DNA of 64,000 nucleotides, from assembly GCA_016212795.1 (NCBI GenBank), contig JACRDT010000046.1:7486-71485 (forward strand), written 5' to 3'. Shown in pieces: positions 32,270-39,929 of the stretch (position 1 is the stretch's first letter; every line of letters begins with the position of its first letter). Under the pieces are notes generated by a model that had not been told where the DNA came from, searched no databases, and saw only the letters and a list, made by a program, of their open reading frames with translations. The stretch comes from Elusimicrobiota bacterium (lineage in GTDB: Bacteria; Elusimicrobiota; Elusimicrobia; UBA1565; UBA9628). The position numbers were made by a program, and so were the translations under genes.

Positions 32270-34597
32270 CTACTTCTCCACGATCCGGTAGGCCTTGCCG
32301 CCGAGCACGAAGGTCACCCGGCGGCCCAGCGAGAGCCACTGGCTCGCCTGCGGGTGCTTGCGGGTCAGCTCGAAGTACTTGTCGCTCAGGAATTCGATCT
32401 CGGTCACCGGCAGCGACTTGTCGAGCTCGTAGGCGCCGTCGACCCACTGGTCGCCCCGCTTGTAGAAGGTCTTGCCGCCGACCTGGCGCATCTCGGTGCG
32501 CAGGGTCTCGGCCTTCTTGCGCATCTCGTCTCTGGACTCGCCGTCATAGACGGTCCCGCCAGCCCCGCCGGCCGTGTCCCACCGCTTCCCCGCGGCCGGG
32601 GCCATGGCGAGCGCCTCCGCCGCCATGGGCGCGGCCACCGCGGACTTCTCCTCCGTCAGCCTGCGGCTGAAGGCCTGGCCGCGGAGGGCGCTGACGACGC
32701 CCCCGCCGCCCCCGCCCATGGCGACGCCCGGCGCGGGCATGCCCTGGGCATCGGCCGCCATCACGTTGAAAGCCTGCCGGCTGCGGTTGCGCAGCTGGAC
32801 CATGTCCGCCTCCTCCACGATGAGGAGCGAGGTGTAGGGCGTCACGATGCCGTAGCGCTTGGCGAGCTTGGTCACCTCGTCGATGACCTCCTGGTTCCTG
32901 CCCGCCCCGGCCAGCCGGACCTCGTCGAGCAGATGCGCCACCTTGCGGTGGGCCCAGAGCCTCGGCAGGTAGTCGTCCTCCGTCTTCTCCTTGGGCAGGT
33001 TCAGGGCGAACTCCTGGCGCGTGGGCGCGCCCGCGGCCCGGCCGGTGAGCACCATGCTGCCCTTGCCTTCCTTGCCGTAGCGGCCGATGAGGACCACGGG
33101 GTCGCCGTGGTAGATGTCGGAGACGTCCTTCGGGTAGACCTGGGCGACCTCCACCCCGTTCCACTCGAACTTGGCGTCCGTGATGGCGGGCTTGGAGATG
33201 CGGTCGACCATCTGCCCGACCTTCACCTCGATATCCTCGCCCGGCAGCACGTAGTCGCGGCTGCCCTTCTGTCCCTCGGCCAGCTTGTCGATGAAGAGGC
33301 TGTTGACGTCCTTGCCCGCGCCCAGGAGGAAGAAGCGGGCGCGCAGGCCCTTGTTGCGCTCGTGGATGCTCCGGAGCAGCTCGTCGGTGTTGGTCTCGCC
33401 CACCGTGGGCAGGCCGTCCGTCAGGAAGACCAGCATGGGCAGGCGCTCCTTGGACTTGCCGGACTCCAGGAGCCCCATGGCGGCATCGAGGGCGTCCTTG
33501 ATGTTGGTCCCGCCCGAGGCCTCGATCTTGTCGGCGTAGCGCCGGCCGCGGCCCTTGCCTTCCTCCGTGGCCGCGATGAGCGACTGCGCCATGGATTCGA
33601 CGCCGGTGGCGAAGTCCACGATGCCGAACCGGTCGTCGCCGGAGAGCTTGTTGAGGCAGGATTTGAGGGCCTTGCGGGCCTGCTCCATCTTGCCGTCCTC
33701 GTCCATGCTGCCCGAGCGGTCGACGACGAACACCACGTCCTTGGGGTCGCTCTTGGCGTCGGTCTTGACCGTGGGCGTGAGGCTCATCATGAAGAAGCCG
33801 TCCTCCCCGGCCTCGCGGTGGCTGATGAGCGAGGAGCCCATCTTGCCCTCGTCGAGGGAGTAGAGGACGACCATCTCCCCGCCCTCGCCGCCGGTCTTGT
33901 AGCTGACCGAGGCCTTCTTGTCGCCCTGCCGGTCGATGTCCGCCGTGTGCGTCGGGGAATAAAGGAGGCGGATGGGCGCCTGGCTCTCGAGGCCGATCTT
34001 CACGGTCCGGCCGCCGGACCCGTCGATCTTGGCCAGCGGCAGCTTGAGCGAGTACAGGGCGCCGGCCTTGGGCAGGATCTGGGTGTAGTTGAACCGGAGC
34101 GTCACGCTCGAGTTGGGCTCGATGGGGAAGACCCGGGCGCGCACCATGCGCTCGCCCTGGAGCTCGAGGAGCGCGGGGTCGCGCATCTGCCGGACGATGT
34201 TCTCGTAGGTGGTCCGGGCCGTGTTGGCGTCCAGGAGCTCGGCCTTGAGGAGCTTGTCGCCGACCTTCATCTCCATCTTGTTGATGACCGCGTCGCCCGG
34301 GATGGGCATGAGGATCTCGCCCTCGAGCCGGCCCGACCCCTCGTTGCGGAACACCGTCTCGATCCAGAGCTCGGCCACCTGCATCTTCACCTGGCCCTCG
34401 ACCTTCTGCTCCCTCAGCGGCAGGGGGATGACGTCCGGCCGCGGCAGGGGGATGGGCATGGGGAACGGCCGGGTGGGCGGCGGCATGAAGATGGGCGGCG
34501 GCCGGCCGATGGGCCAGGCGATGAGCCGCTGGGCCTGGGCCTCGACGGCCCCGAAGGCCGCCAGCAAAGCGATGGTGAAGATCGTCCTGAGGTTCAT
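32270..34597 (-). CDS. Exported VIT-domain plus von Willebrand factor A-domain protein
   Basis: VIT-like N-terminal region (..AELWIETVFRNEGSGRLEGEILMPIPGDAVI..) followed by a vWA MIDAS motif (VVFVVDRSGSM). Start moved to the ATG at 34597 (MNLRTIFTIALLAAFGAVEAQA) with a GGGAGG SD. Confidence 0.85.
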   Translation of the reverse strand: MNLRTIFTIALLAAFGAVEAQAQRLIAWPIGRPPPIFMPPPTRPFPMPIPLPRPDVIPLPLREQKVEGQVKMQVAELWIETVFRNEGSGRLEGEILMPIPGDAVINKMEMKVGDKLLKAELLDANTARTTYENIVRQMRDPALLELQGERMVRARVFPIEPNSSVTLRFNYTQILPKAGALYSLKLPLAKIDGSGGRTVKIGLESQAPIRLLYSPTHTADIDRQGDKKASVSYKTGGEGGEMVVLYSLDEGKMGSSLISHREAGEDGFFMMSLTPTVKTDAKSDPKDVVFVVDRSGSMDEDGKMEQARKALKSCLNKLSGDDRFGIVDFATGVESMAQSLIAATEEGKGRGRRYADKIEASGGTNIKDALDAAMGLLESGKSKERLPMLVFLTDGLPTVGETNTDELLRSIHERNKGLRARFFLLGAGKDVNSLFIDKLAEGQKGSRDYVLPGEDIEVKVGQMVDRISKPAITDAKFEWNGVEVAQVYPKDVSDIYHGDPVVLIGRYGKEGKGSMVLTGRAAGAPTRQEFALNLPKEKTEDDYLPRLWAHRKVAHLLDEVRLAGAGRNQEVIDEVTKLAKRYGIVTPYTSLLIVEEADMVQLRNRSRQAFNVMAADAQGMPAPGVAMGGGGGGVVSALRGQAFSRRLTEEKSAVAAPMAAEALAMAPAAGKRWDTAGGAGGTVYDGESRDEMRKKAETLRTEMRQVGGKTFYKRGDQWVDGAYELDKSLPVTEIEFLSDKYFELTRKHPQASQWLSLGRRVTFVLGGKAYRIVEK

Positions 34598-34733
34598 GTT
34601 CCGCCTCCCGTTGGTCGCGCCCGTTCCCGTCATGGCCTGTTCGACACCGCCGAGGGTCCGCGGTTCCCTCGGCGGGCTCCGCCGGCCCTCTCCCACGGAT
34701 GATACAATTACGGCGCGGCCCGCGCCATGGCGA

Positions 34734-36737
34734 TCAGTCGAACAGCCGCACCAGGGCGTCCTCGTTGGTGTCGCGCCCCAGGAATCCCCGGAGCAGCTCC
34801 TCCGGCGGGACCGAGCCCCCTGGCTCGAGGATGCGACGGCGGTACTCCAGGCCCACGGCCGGGTCGAGCAGGCTCGTGGAGCGAAAGCGCGTGAGGACGT
34901 CCATGGCGATGGCCTCGGACCAGCGGTAGATGTAGAGCCCGACGCCCGCGCCTCCCTTAATGACGTTGTACTTCAGCTCCGGGTGGGTGCCGGGGGACTG
35001 CGGGATGAGGGAGGCTTCGTCGTAGAGCCTGCGGTTGCGGCCGCTGATGTCCTGGATGTCCCTGGAATGCACGTCCAGGTCCCAGAGCGGCGGGGCCGTC
35101 CCCGCGTGGTAGGCGAGGCTCGCGTAGGCCGCCCGGGACCGGACCACGCCGTCGACCATCTCCTCGGGGACGGGCCGGCCGTCCTTGACGTGCCCGGAGA
35201 GCCGCCGGAGGACCTCCTGGTCCCAAGCCCAGTTCTCCATGACCTTGGCCGGGACGTCCACGAAATCCTCCTCGACGCGCCGGCCCGCGAAGCGGGCGTG
35301 CCGCGGCCTGGAGACGAGCTGGTGGAGGACGTGGCCGAAGCCGTGCAGGAGGTTGACCAGGTCGCCCTGCTGCAGGAGCATCGGGCCGCCCTTGGGCTTG
35401 CGGAAGTTCGTGACCAGCACGGTCATCGCCATCCGGCACGGCTCCCCGCCGGCGCGGTTGCTCATCAGCGGGTAGTCGGGGTTGCTCTTGACCTTCCCTT
35501 CGCGGTTGAAGAGGTCCAGATAGAAGCGGCCAAGGAGGGCGCCCGTCGCAGCGTCGCGACCCTCGAAGAGCCGGACGTCCGGGTGCCAGGCGTCGGCGGG
35601 GCGCACTTCTTGGAACCGGAGCCCGAAGGCCTCCCCGGCTGCAACCAGCAGGCGCTCGAGGACGCGCTCGAGCGGGAAGTACGCGGCGACCGCGGCAGGG
35701 TCGGCCACGCGGCCGCGCTGGCGCAGCTTCTTTTCGTAATACCTGATATCCCAGGCGTAGACCTTCTCCGCGCCCGGCTCGTCTTCGCGCTTGAGGGCCA
35801 GCAAGGCCGCCGCCTGCCTGGCGGCCGTGGCCGCGAGCCGCTCCCTGAGCCGCTCGTTGAAAGCGCGCACCCGCTCCGGCGTCCTGGCCATCCTGTCCTC
35901 CAGCACGAACGCCGCGAAGTCGGTGTAGCCCAGCAGCCGCCCGACCCTGCGCCGCAGGCCGAAGATCTCCTCCTGGATGACCAGGTTGTCGGGGTAGGTG
36001 CGGTTGTTGTTGACGGATTCGAGCTTCTTCCTGGTCGCCGGGACCTTGCAGTCCGCCATGACGGCAATATAGGGGGCGTAGTCCGCGTACACCTTGAACC
36101 GGCCGTCCGGGAGGCGCTCGAAGAGGGACCATTGGTCCTCGGGCACCCCCTCCAGCTCGGCGCGCTCGAACACGACGTAGTCGTCCGATTCGATCTGGTT
36201 GCGGTTGTAGGCCAGCTCGTAGTCGATGAGCGCCTTCTTCAGGATCCTGACGCGGGCCCGGTCCTCCTCGGAGAGAAGCACCCCGTTGCGCCGGAACTCG
36301 TCCAGGAGGCGGCCGAGCAGCCGGGCGTCCTCGGCGTCGAGCGCCTCCCGGCGGTCCGCGGTCGAGCGGAGGGCGCGGTAGACGTCGTCGCGGCTGAGCG
36401 TCTCCAGGGCGAGCTTGGACACGCGGGCGTTGCAGGCCTCGGCGGCCGCCCGAAGCGGCAGGGAGGGCGAGACCTCCCTCAGCACCGTCAGGGGAGCGGC
36501 CTCCTCCTCCATGTCGGCCAAGAGGAGGTCGAGTTCCCGCACCGTGTTGGCGAACGTGCGCTCGGCGTCGGGGACGGCCAGGAGGGCCTTGAGCCGCTCC
36601 GCCGCGGCCTCGACCACGGCCGCGCATCGGGCCGAGACGGCCGTCGGCTTCGTCTGGAACCGGAACAGCTGGCACGAAGGGGCCGCCTGGGCCCCGGACG
36701 CGGCCAGCCACGAGACGACGAGCAGGTGTGCCGTCAT
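34734..36737 (-). CDS. Exported M3-peptidase-family homolog lacking the catalytic Glu (HGFGH in place of HEXXH)
   Basis: M3-like throughout (..AWDIRYYEKK.., ..FYLDLFNREGK.., ..MENWAWD..). The active-site position reads NLLHGFGHVLH, and the third-ligand context VDVPAK has Asp where Glu is usual. Signal-like MTAHLLVVSWLAASGAQA. The ATG at 36737 overlaps the upstream stop (ATGA). Confidence 0.8.
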   Translation of the reverse strand: MTAHLLVVSWLAASGAQAAPSCQLFRFQTKPTAVSARCAAVVEAAAERLKALLAVPDAERTFANTVRELDLLLADMEEEAAPLTVLREVSPSLPLRAAAEACNARVSKLALETLSRDDVYRALRSTADRREALDAEDARLLGRLLDEFRRNGVLLSEEDRARVRILKKALIDYELAYNRNQIESDDYVVFERAELEGVPEDQWSLFERLPDGRFKVYADYAPYIAVMADCKVPATRKKLESVNNNRTYPDNLVIQEEIFGLRRRVGRLLGYTDFAAFVLEDRMARTPERVRAFNERLRERLAATAARQAAALLALKREDEPGAEKVYAWDIRYYEKKLRQRGRVADPAAVAAYFPLERVLERLLVAAGEAFGLRFQEVRPADAWHPDVRLFEGRDAATGALLGRFYLDLFNREGKVKSNPDYPLMSNRAGGEPCRMAMTVLVTNFRKPKGGPMLLQQGDLVNLLHGFGHVLHQLVSRPRHARFAGRRVEEDFVDVPAKVMENWAWDQEVLRRLSGHVKDGRPVPEEMVDGVVRSRAAYASLAYHAGTAPPLWDLDVHSRDIQDISGRNRRLYDEASLIPQSPGTHPELKYNVIKGGAGVGLYIYRWSEAIAMDVLTRFRSTSLLDPAVGLEYRRRILEPGGSVPPEELLRGFLGRDTNEDALVRLFD

Positions 36738-38320
36738 GACGCTTTGCCTCTCAGACCGATGATGATGAGCGCCGCCGCCACGGCAACGATGGGCAGCCAG
36801 ATCGCCAGCCGCCTCCTGGAACGCCCTCCCGCGACGGCGCCCGTGTCCCAGCGGCGGATAGCGTCGGCAGCGGCTTTGGCCCGCGCTCCTCTCGGGCCGG
36901 GGCCGGCTGCGGCGCCGCCCGCGCGCGCCGTCTCCACCCGCGGTCCCGCCGAGTCTGCCTCCTGGCCCAGCAAGGACCTGGCCCCGGCCAGCAGGCTGCC
37001 GGCGACCCTCTTCCCGGCGCGGGCGAGCAGCCCACCGATGCCCGCGGGCGCCCCGGAGGAAGACGCCTCGGTCTCCGCGACCGCCTTGTCGAAGACGGCG
37101 GCCGCCGACTCGTCGATGGCCGCCATCAGCTCCTTGAATCCCGGCGGCTCCTCGGCGCTCTCCTCCTCCCCCGAACCTGCCTCGGCACCCATCTCTCGGG
37201 CGACCTCTTCGGCCGCGGCTTGGAGGTCCTCGGGCTGGACGAACTCCCCCTTCCGGTACGACATGCCGCCAGCCGCCGGGTTGCACTCCCCCGACACCAT
37301 GGCGCAGGACCGGGTCCAGACGAGGTCGTTGCCGCTCTCCGAGACCCCCATGTCCCGCAGCACGGTCCGCCCGAGCTCGGGCCGTTCCTGGTGGACCCGC
37401 TTAAGCCGATCGAAATCCTCCCGCTTGATGACGTCGAAGAAATCCACCCGCTTCAGAAGCGCTTGCGGCTGGGCGGCCAGGCCAGCGCGCAGGGCCGCGA
37501 GCTCGACTTGGGACGCGGGGGAGCCGTCCTTCCTGACGATGGCACGGCCGCCGCCGGGTCCGGCACCGACGGAAAGACCGACCCGCTCGAGCGCGCCCCG
37601 GTAAGCCGGCAGGGCAGCGAGGGCCAACTCGTCCTCCGGCCCGCGGCGCGGCCCGCCGGCGGGGACGCCCGCACCCTGGGCCGACACCCCGCCGGCCGCG
37701 GTCCCGCCCGGCATCCCGCCGAAAGCGCCGAGCGCGCCGCGCATCCGCTCGGCGGACCCCATGGCTCGGGCCATACCCGCTCCCTTCACCCGGCCCTGGG
37801 ACAGCATCTCCACGCCGCGGCCGCCGCCGGAGCCACGGCTCGCGCCGCCTGGCCGGTCCGCGCCGGCGCGTCCCGCTCCCCCGTCGTCTCCCGTCCTGGT
37901 CGGGCCCGCGTCCGCCCCCGCCAGCGCCGCCGCGGCCGACCCCTCCCCCTGGCCGCGGCTTCCGCCCGGCACGCCCTCGGGGGCCTCCGCCAAGGCGCGG
38001 TCCATGATCGCGTTGAACTTCTGATAGTACTCCCGGGTCGTCTGGTGCTCCTGGCGCAGCTGCTCGAGCTCGACGCGGCTGGCCCCGGGATCCTGCTGGA
38101 GCTCCCTCATCCGGCTCTCCATGTCGCGCAGGCCCGAGGAGAGCTCCCCGACCAGGTCGTTGAGCTTGAAGCCGTCGAGATAAACGATCCTCTCGCCGCC
38201 CTCCCGGCGGACCTCGGGAGGCTTGGCCAGGTCGATCCAGCCCTGCTCCAGGCCCGGGCCTGGCGCCGCCGCTGACGCTCTCGCCGCGATCGACAGGACC
38301 ACCCAGAGTGTCGCGATCAT
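36734..38320 (-). CDS. Exported, C-terminally membrane-anchored Gly/Ala-rich protein, unknown family
   Basis: About 528 aa with signal-like MIATLWVVLSIAARASAAA, long G/A/R-rich low-complexity stretches and a terminal TM LAIWLPIVAVAAALIIIGL. I prefer the ATG at 38320 to the track's TTG at 38329. Confidence 0.5.
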   Translation of the reverse strand: MIATLWVVLSIAARASAAAPGPGLEQGWIDLAKPPEVRREGGERIVYLDGFKLNDLVGELSSGLRDMESRMRELQQDPGASRVELEQLRQEHQTTREYYQKFNAIMDRALAEAPEGVPGGSRGQGEGSAAAALAGADAGPTRTGDDGGAGRAGADRPGGASRGSGGGRGVEMLSQGRVKGAGMARAMGSAERMRGALGAFGGMPGGTAAGGVSAQGAGVPAGGPRRGPEDELALAALPAYRGALERVGLSVGAGPGGGRAIVRKDGSPASQVELAALRAGLAAQPQALLKRVDFFDVIKREDFDRLKRVHQERPELGRTVLRDMGVSESGNDLVWTRSCAMVSGECNPAAGGMSYRKGEFVQPEDLQAAAEEVAREMGAEAGSGEEESAEEPPGFKELMAAIDESAAAVFDKAVAETEASSSGAPAGIGGLLARAGKRVAGSLLAGARSLLGQEADSAGPRVETARAGGAAAGPGPRGARAKAAADAIRRWDTGAVAGGRSRRRLAIWLPIVAVAAALIIIGLRGKAS

Positions 38321-38451
38321 CTGCAGCAAGAGGATAGCGCATCAAGGGGCGGGTGTCCAGAAGGCCCCTTTACCGATAATTTACCTTCCATTAACATCGC
38401 CGCGGTTGATTTTCCCCGTCGAAGGGCTATGCTATTAATGGAGGTGGTTTT

Positions 38452-39075
38452 ATGACGATCAAGACCTTGGCGGCCTGCATCCTGGTGTCCCTGGCGGCGC
38501 AGTCCGCCGGCGCGGGCGACCGCCCGTCCAGGACCTCCTCCCGACCGGCGCGGCCATCCAGGCCGGCCTCGGTTTCCGCGGTCGTGACCCATTCCTCCGG
38601 CCGCAACCCCGTCCGGATCTCGGCCCAGGGGACAGCCGTCTCCCCTCGGCCCGCCGGCAAGAGGTCCTCGTCCGGCGCCGCGGCCTCGCCGTCCCACTCG
38701 CATTCCTCGAACACCAACATCGCCGCGTCCGACTTCCGCTCCTTCTCGCCGGGAAGCTACCACAAGGGCTTCCGGGGCTTCAACGGCAGGCGCCAGGCCG
38801 ACGACCCGCCGGCGCAGCAGGCCGTCCCGGGGGCGTTGATCCGCACCGCCGGCATGGGCTACAGCGTCGGCCCGGTCGAACCCTCGTCCGTCCACGCCGT
38901 CGACGGCGGCTCGAGCTTCGTCAACGAGACGAACTGGGGCGGGGTGTCGACCGACGGGATCGGCGTCCAGGGCCCCGGGAAGAAGGACTTCTGGATGCTG
39001 ACCGGCGGCAGCGGCGGCAGCACCGGCGGCAACGCCTTCTCCCAGCGCACCGACACCACGCTCCCCGGGGAATAG
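38452..39075 (+). CDS. Exported hypothetical protein
   Basis: 207 aa with signal peptide MTIKTLAACILVSLAAQSAGA, a GGAGGTGG SD and a Ser/Pro/Gly-rich sequence. No family recognised. Confidence 0.5.
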   Translation: MTIKTLAACILVSLAAQSAGAGDRPSRTSSRPARPSRPASVSAVVTHSSGRNPVRISAQGTAVSPRPAGKRSSSGAAASPSHSHSSNTNIAASDFRSFSPGSYHKGFRGFNGRRQADDPPAQQAVPGALIRTAGMGYSVGPVEPSSVHAVDGGSSFVNETNWGGVSTDGIGVQGPGKKDFWMLTGGSGGSTGGNAFSQRTDTTLPGE

Positions 39076-39133
39076 AGACCCCCGAAAATCGTAGAATCCT
39101 CGGCACGGGCCCGCGCCGCGGCCCGTGGCGCCC

Positions 39134-39898
39134 ATGCCCTTCTTCGACGCGCACAACCACGTCCACCTCGCCGGCGACGGGCCTCGCCTGAGCGGCATGC
39201 TGGGCCGCGCCCGGCAGGCCGGGGTCTCCCGCATGGCCTGCAACAGCGTCGAGCAGAAAGACTGGCCCCTGGTGGCCGACCTCTCCCGGCGCCACCCGTC
39301 CGTCCACGCCTGCTTCGGCATCCACCCCTGGTACGCCAAGACGGCCGCGGGCGAGTGGCTGCGCGAGCTCGAGAGCCGCCTGCTGGCGACGCCCTCCTGC
39401 CTCGGGGAGATCGGCCTCGACCGCGCCGTCGAGGGCGCGGACCTCCCGCGGCAGGAGCGGGTCTTCTCGCTGCAGGCCGACCTGGCCGAACGGCTCGGGC
39501 GGCCCATGATGCTCCACTGCGTGCGCGCCTGGGACCTCATGATGGCCCGTCTGCGCCGCGCCCCGCCCGGCCGCCCCTTCCTCCTGCACGCCTACAGCGG
39601 GCCGGCCGAGTTGGTACCCGAACTCGCCGGCCTCGGGGCGTTCTTCTCGTTCGGGGGCGACGCGGCCGATCCCGGGCGGATCAAGCTGCGCAAGGCCTTG
39701 GCCGCCGTGCCGGTCGACCGCTTGCTCTTCGAGACCGACGCCCCCCCCGAGGAGGACGGCTGCGCCGACTGGTACGCCGAGCCGGCCGGCGTCGTGCGGG
39801 TGGTGGACCTGGCCGCGAAGGTCCTCGGCCGCCGTCCCGAGGAGCTGGCCCGGGAAGCCTGGCGGAACGGCGAGGCCCTGCTGCGCGGGCTGGTCTGA
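39134..39898 (+). CDS. TatD-family metal-dependent hydrolase
   Basis: MPFFDAHNHVHL (HxH metal motif) and co-linear TatD-like sequence. The track ORF starts at GTG 39125; I prefer the ATG at 39134. Confidence 0.85.
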   Translation: MPFFDAHNHVHLAGDGPRLSGMLGRARQAGVSRMACNSVEQKDWPLVADLSRRHPSVHACFGIHPWYAKTAAGEWLRELESRLLATPSCLGEIGLDRAVEGADLPRQERVFSLQADLAERLGRPMMLHCVRAWDLMMARLRRAPPGRPFLLHAYSGPAELVPELAGLGAFFSFGGDAADPGRIKLRKALAAVPVDRLLFETDAPPEEDGCADWYAEPAGVVRVVDLAAKVLGRRPEELAREAWRNGEALLRGLV

Positions 39899-39917
39899 GC
39901 GGGTCTGCGAGTTTAGG

Positions 39918-39923
39918 TATAAT
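39918..39923 (+). promoter_or_regulatory. Consensus -10 box (TATAAT) ending 6 nt before the ATP-grasp gene ATG (leaderless-type)
   Basis: GGTATAATATTTCCATG with no SD and no clear -35. Confidence 0.35.
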
Positions 39924-39929
39924 ATTTCC

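Noticed and set aside
32354-37604. Long + strand ORFs 32354..34702 (782 aa) and 34209..37604 (1131 aa)
   Set aside because: They are antisense to the VIT-vWA, M3-like and Gly/Ala-rich genes. They have low-complexity translations and no start-site support.
39092-39133. TAGAAT box plus GC hairpin (CACGGGCC..GGCCCGTG) upstream of the TatD-family gene as a regulatory leader
   Set aside because: It could equally be the terminator of the upstream gene. There is no U-tract and no conserved partner sequence, so the evidence does not support calling it either way.
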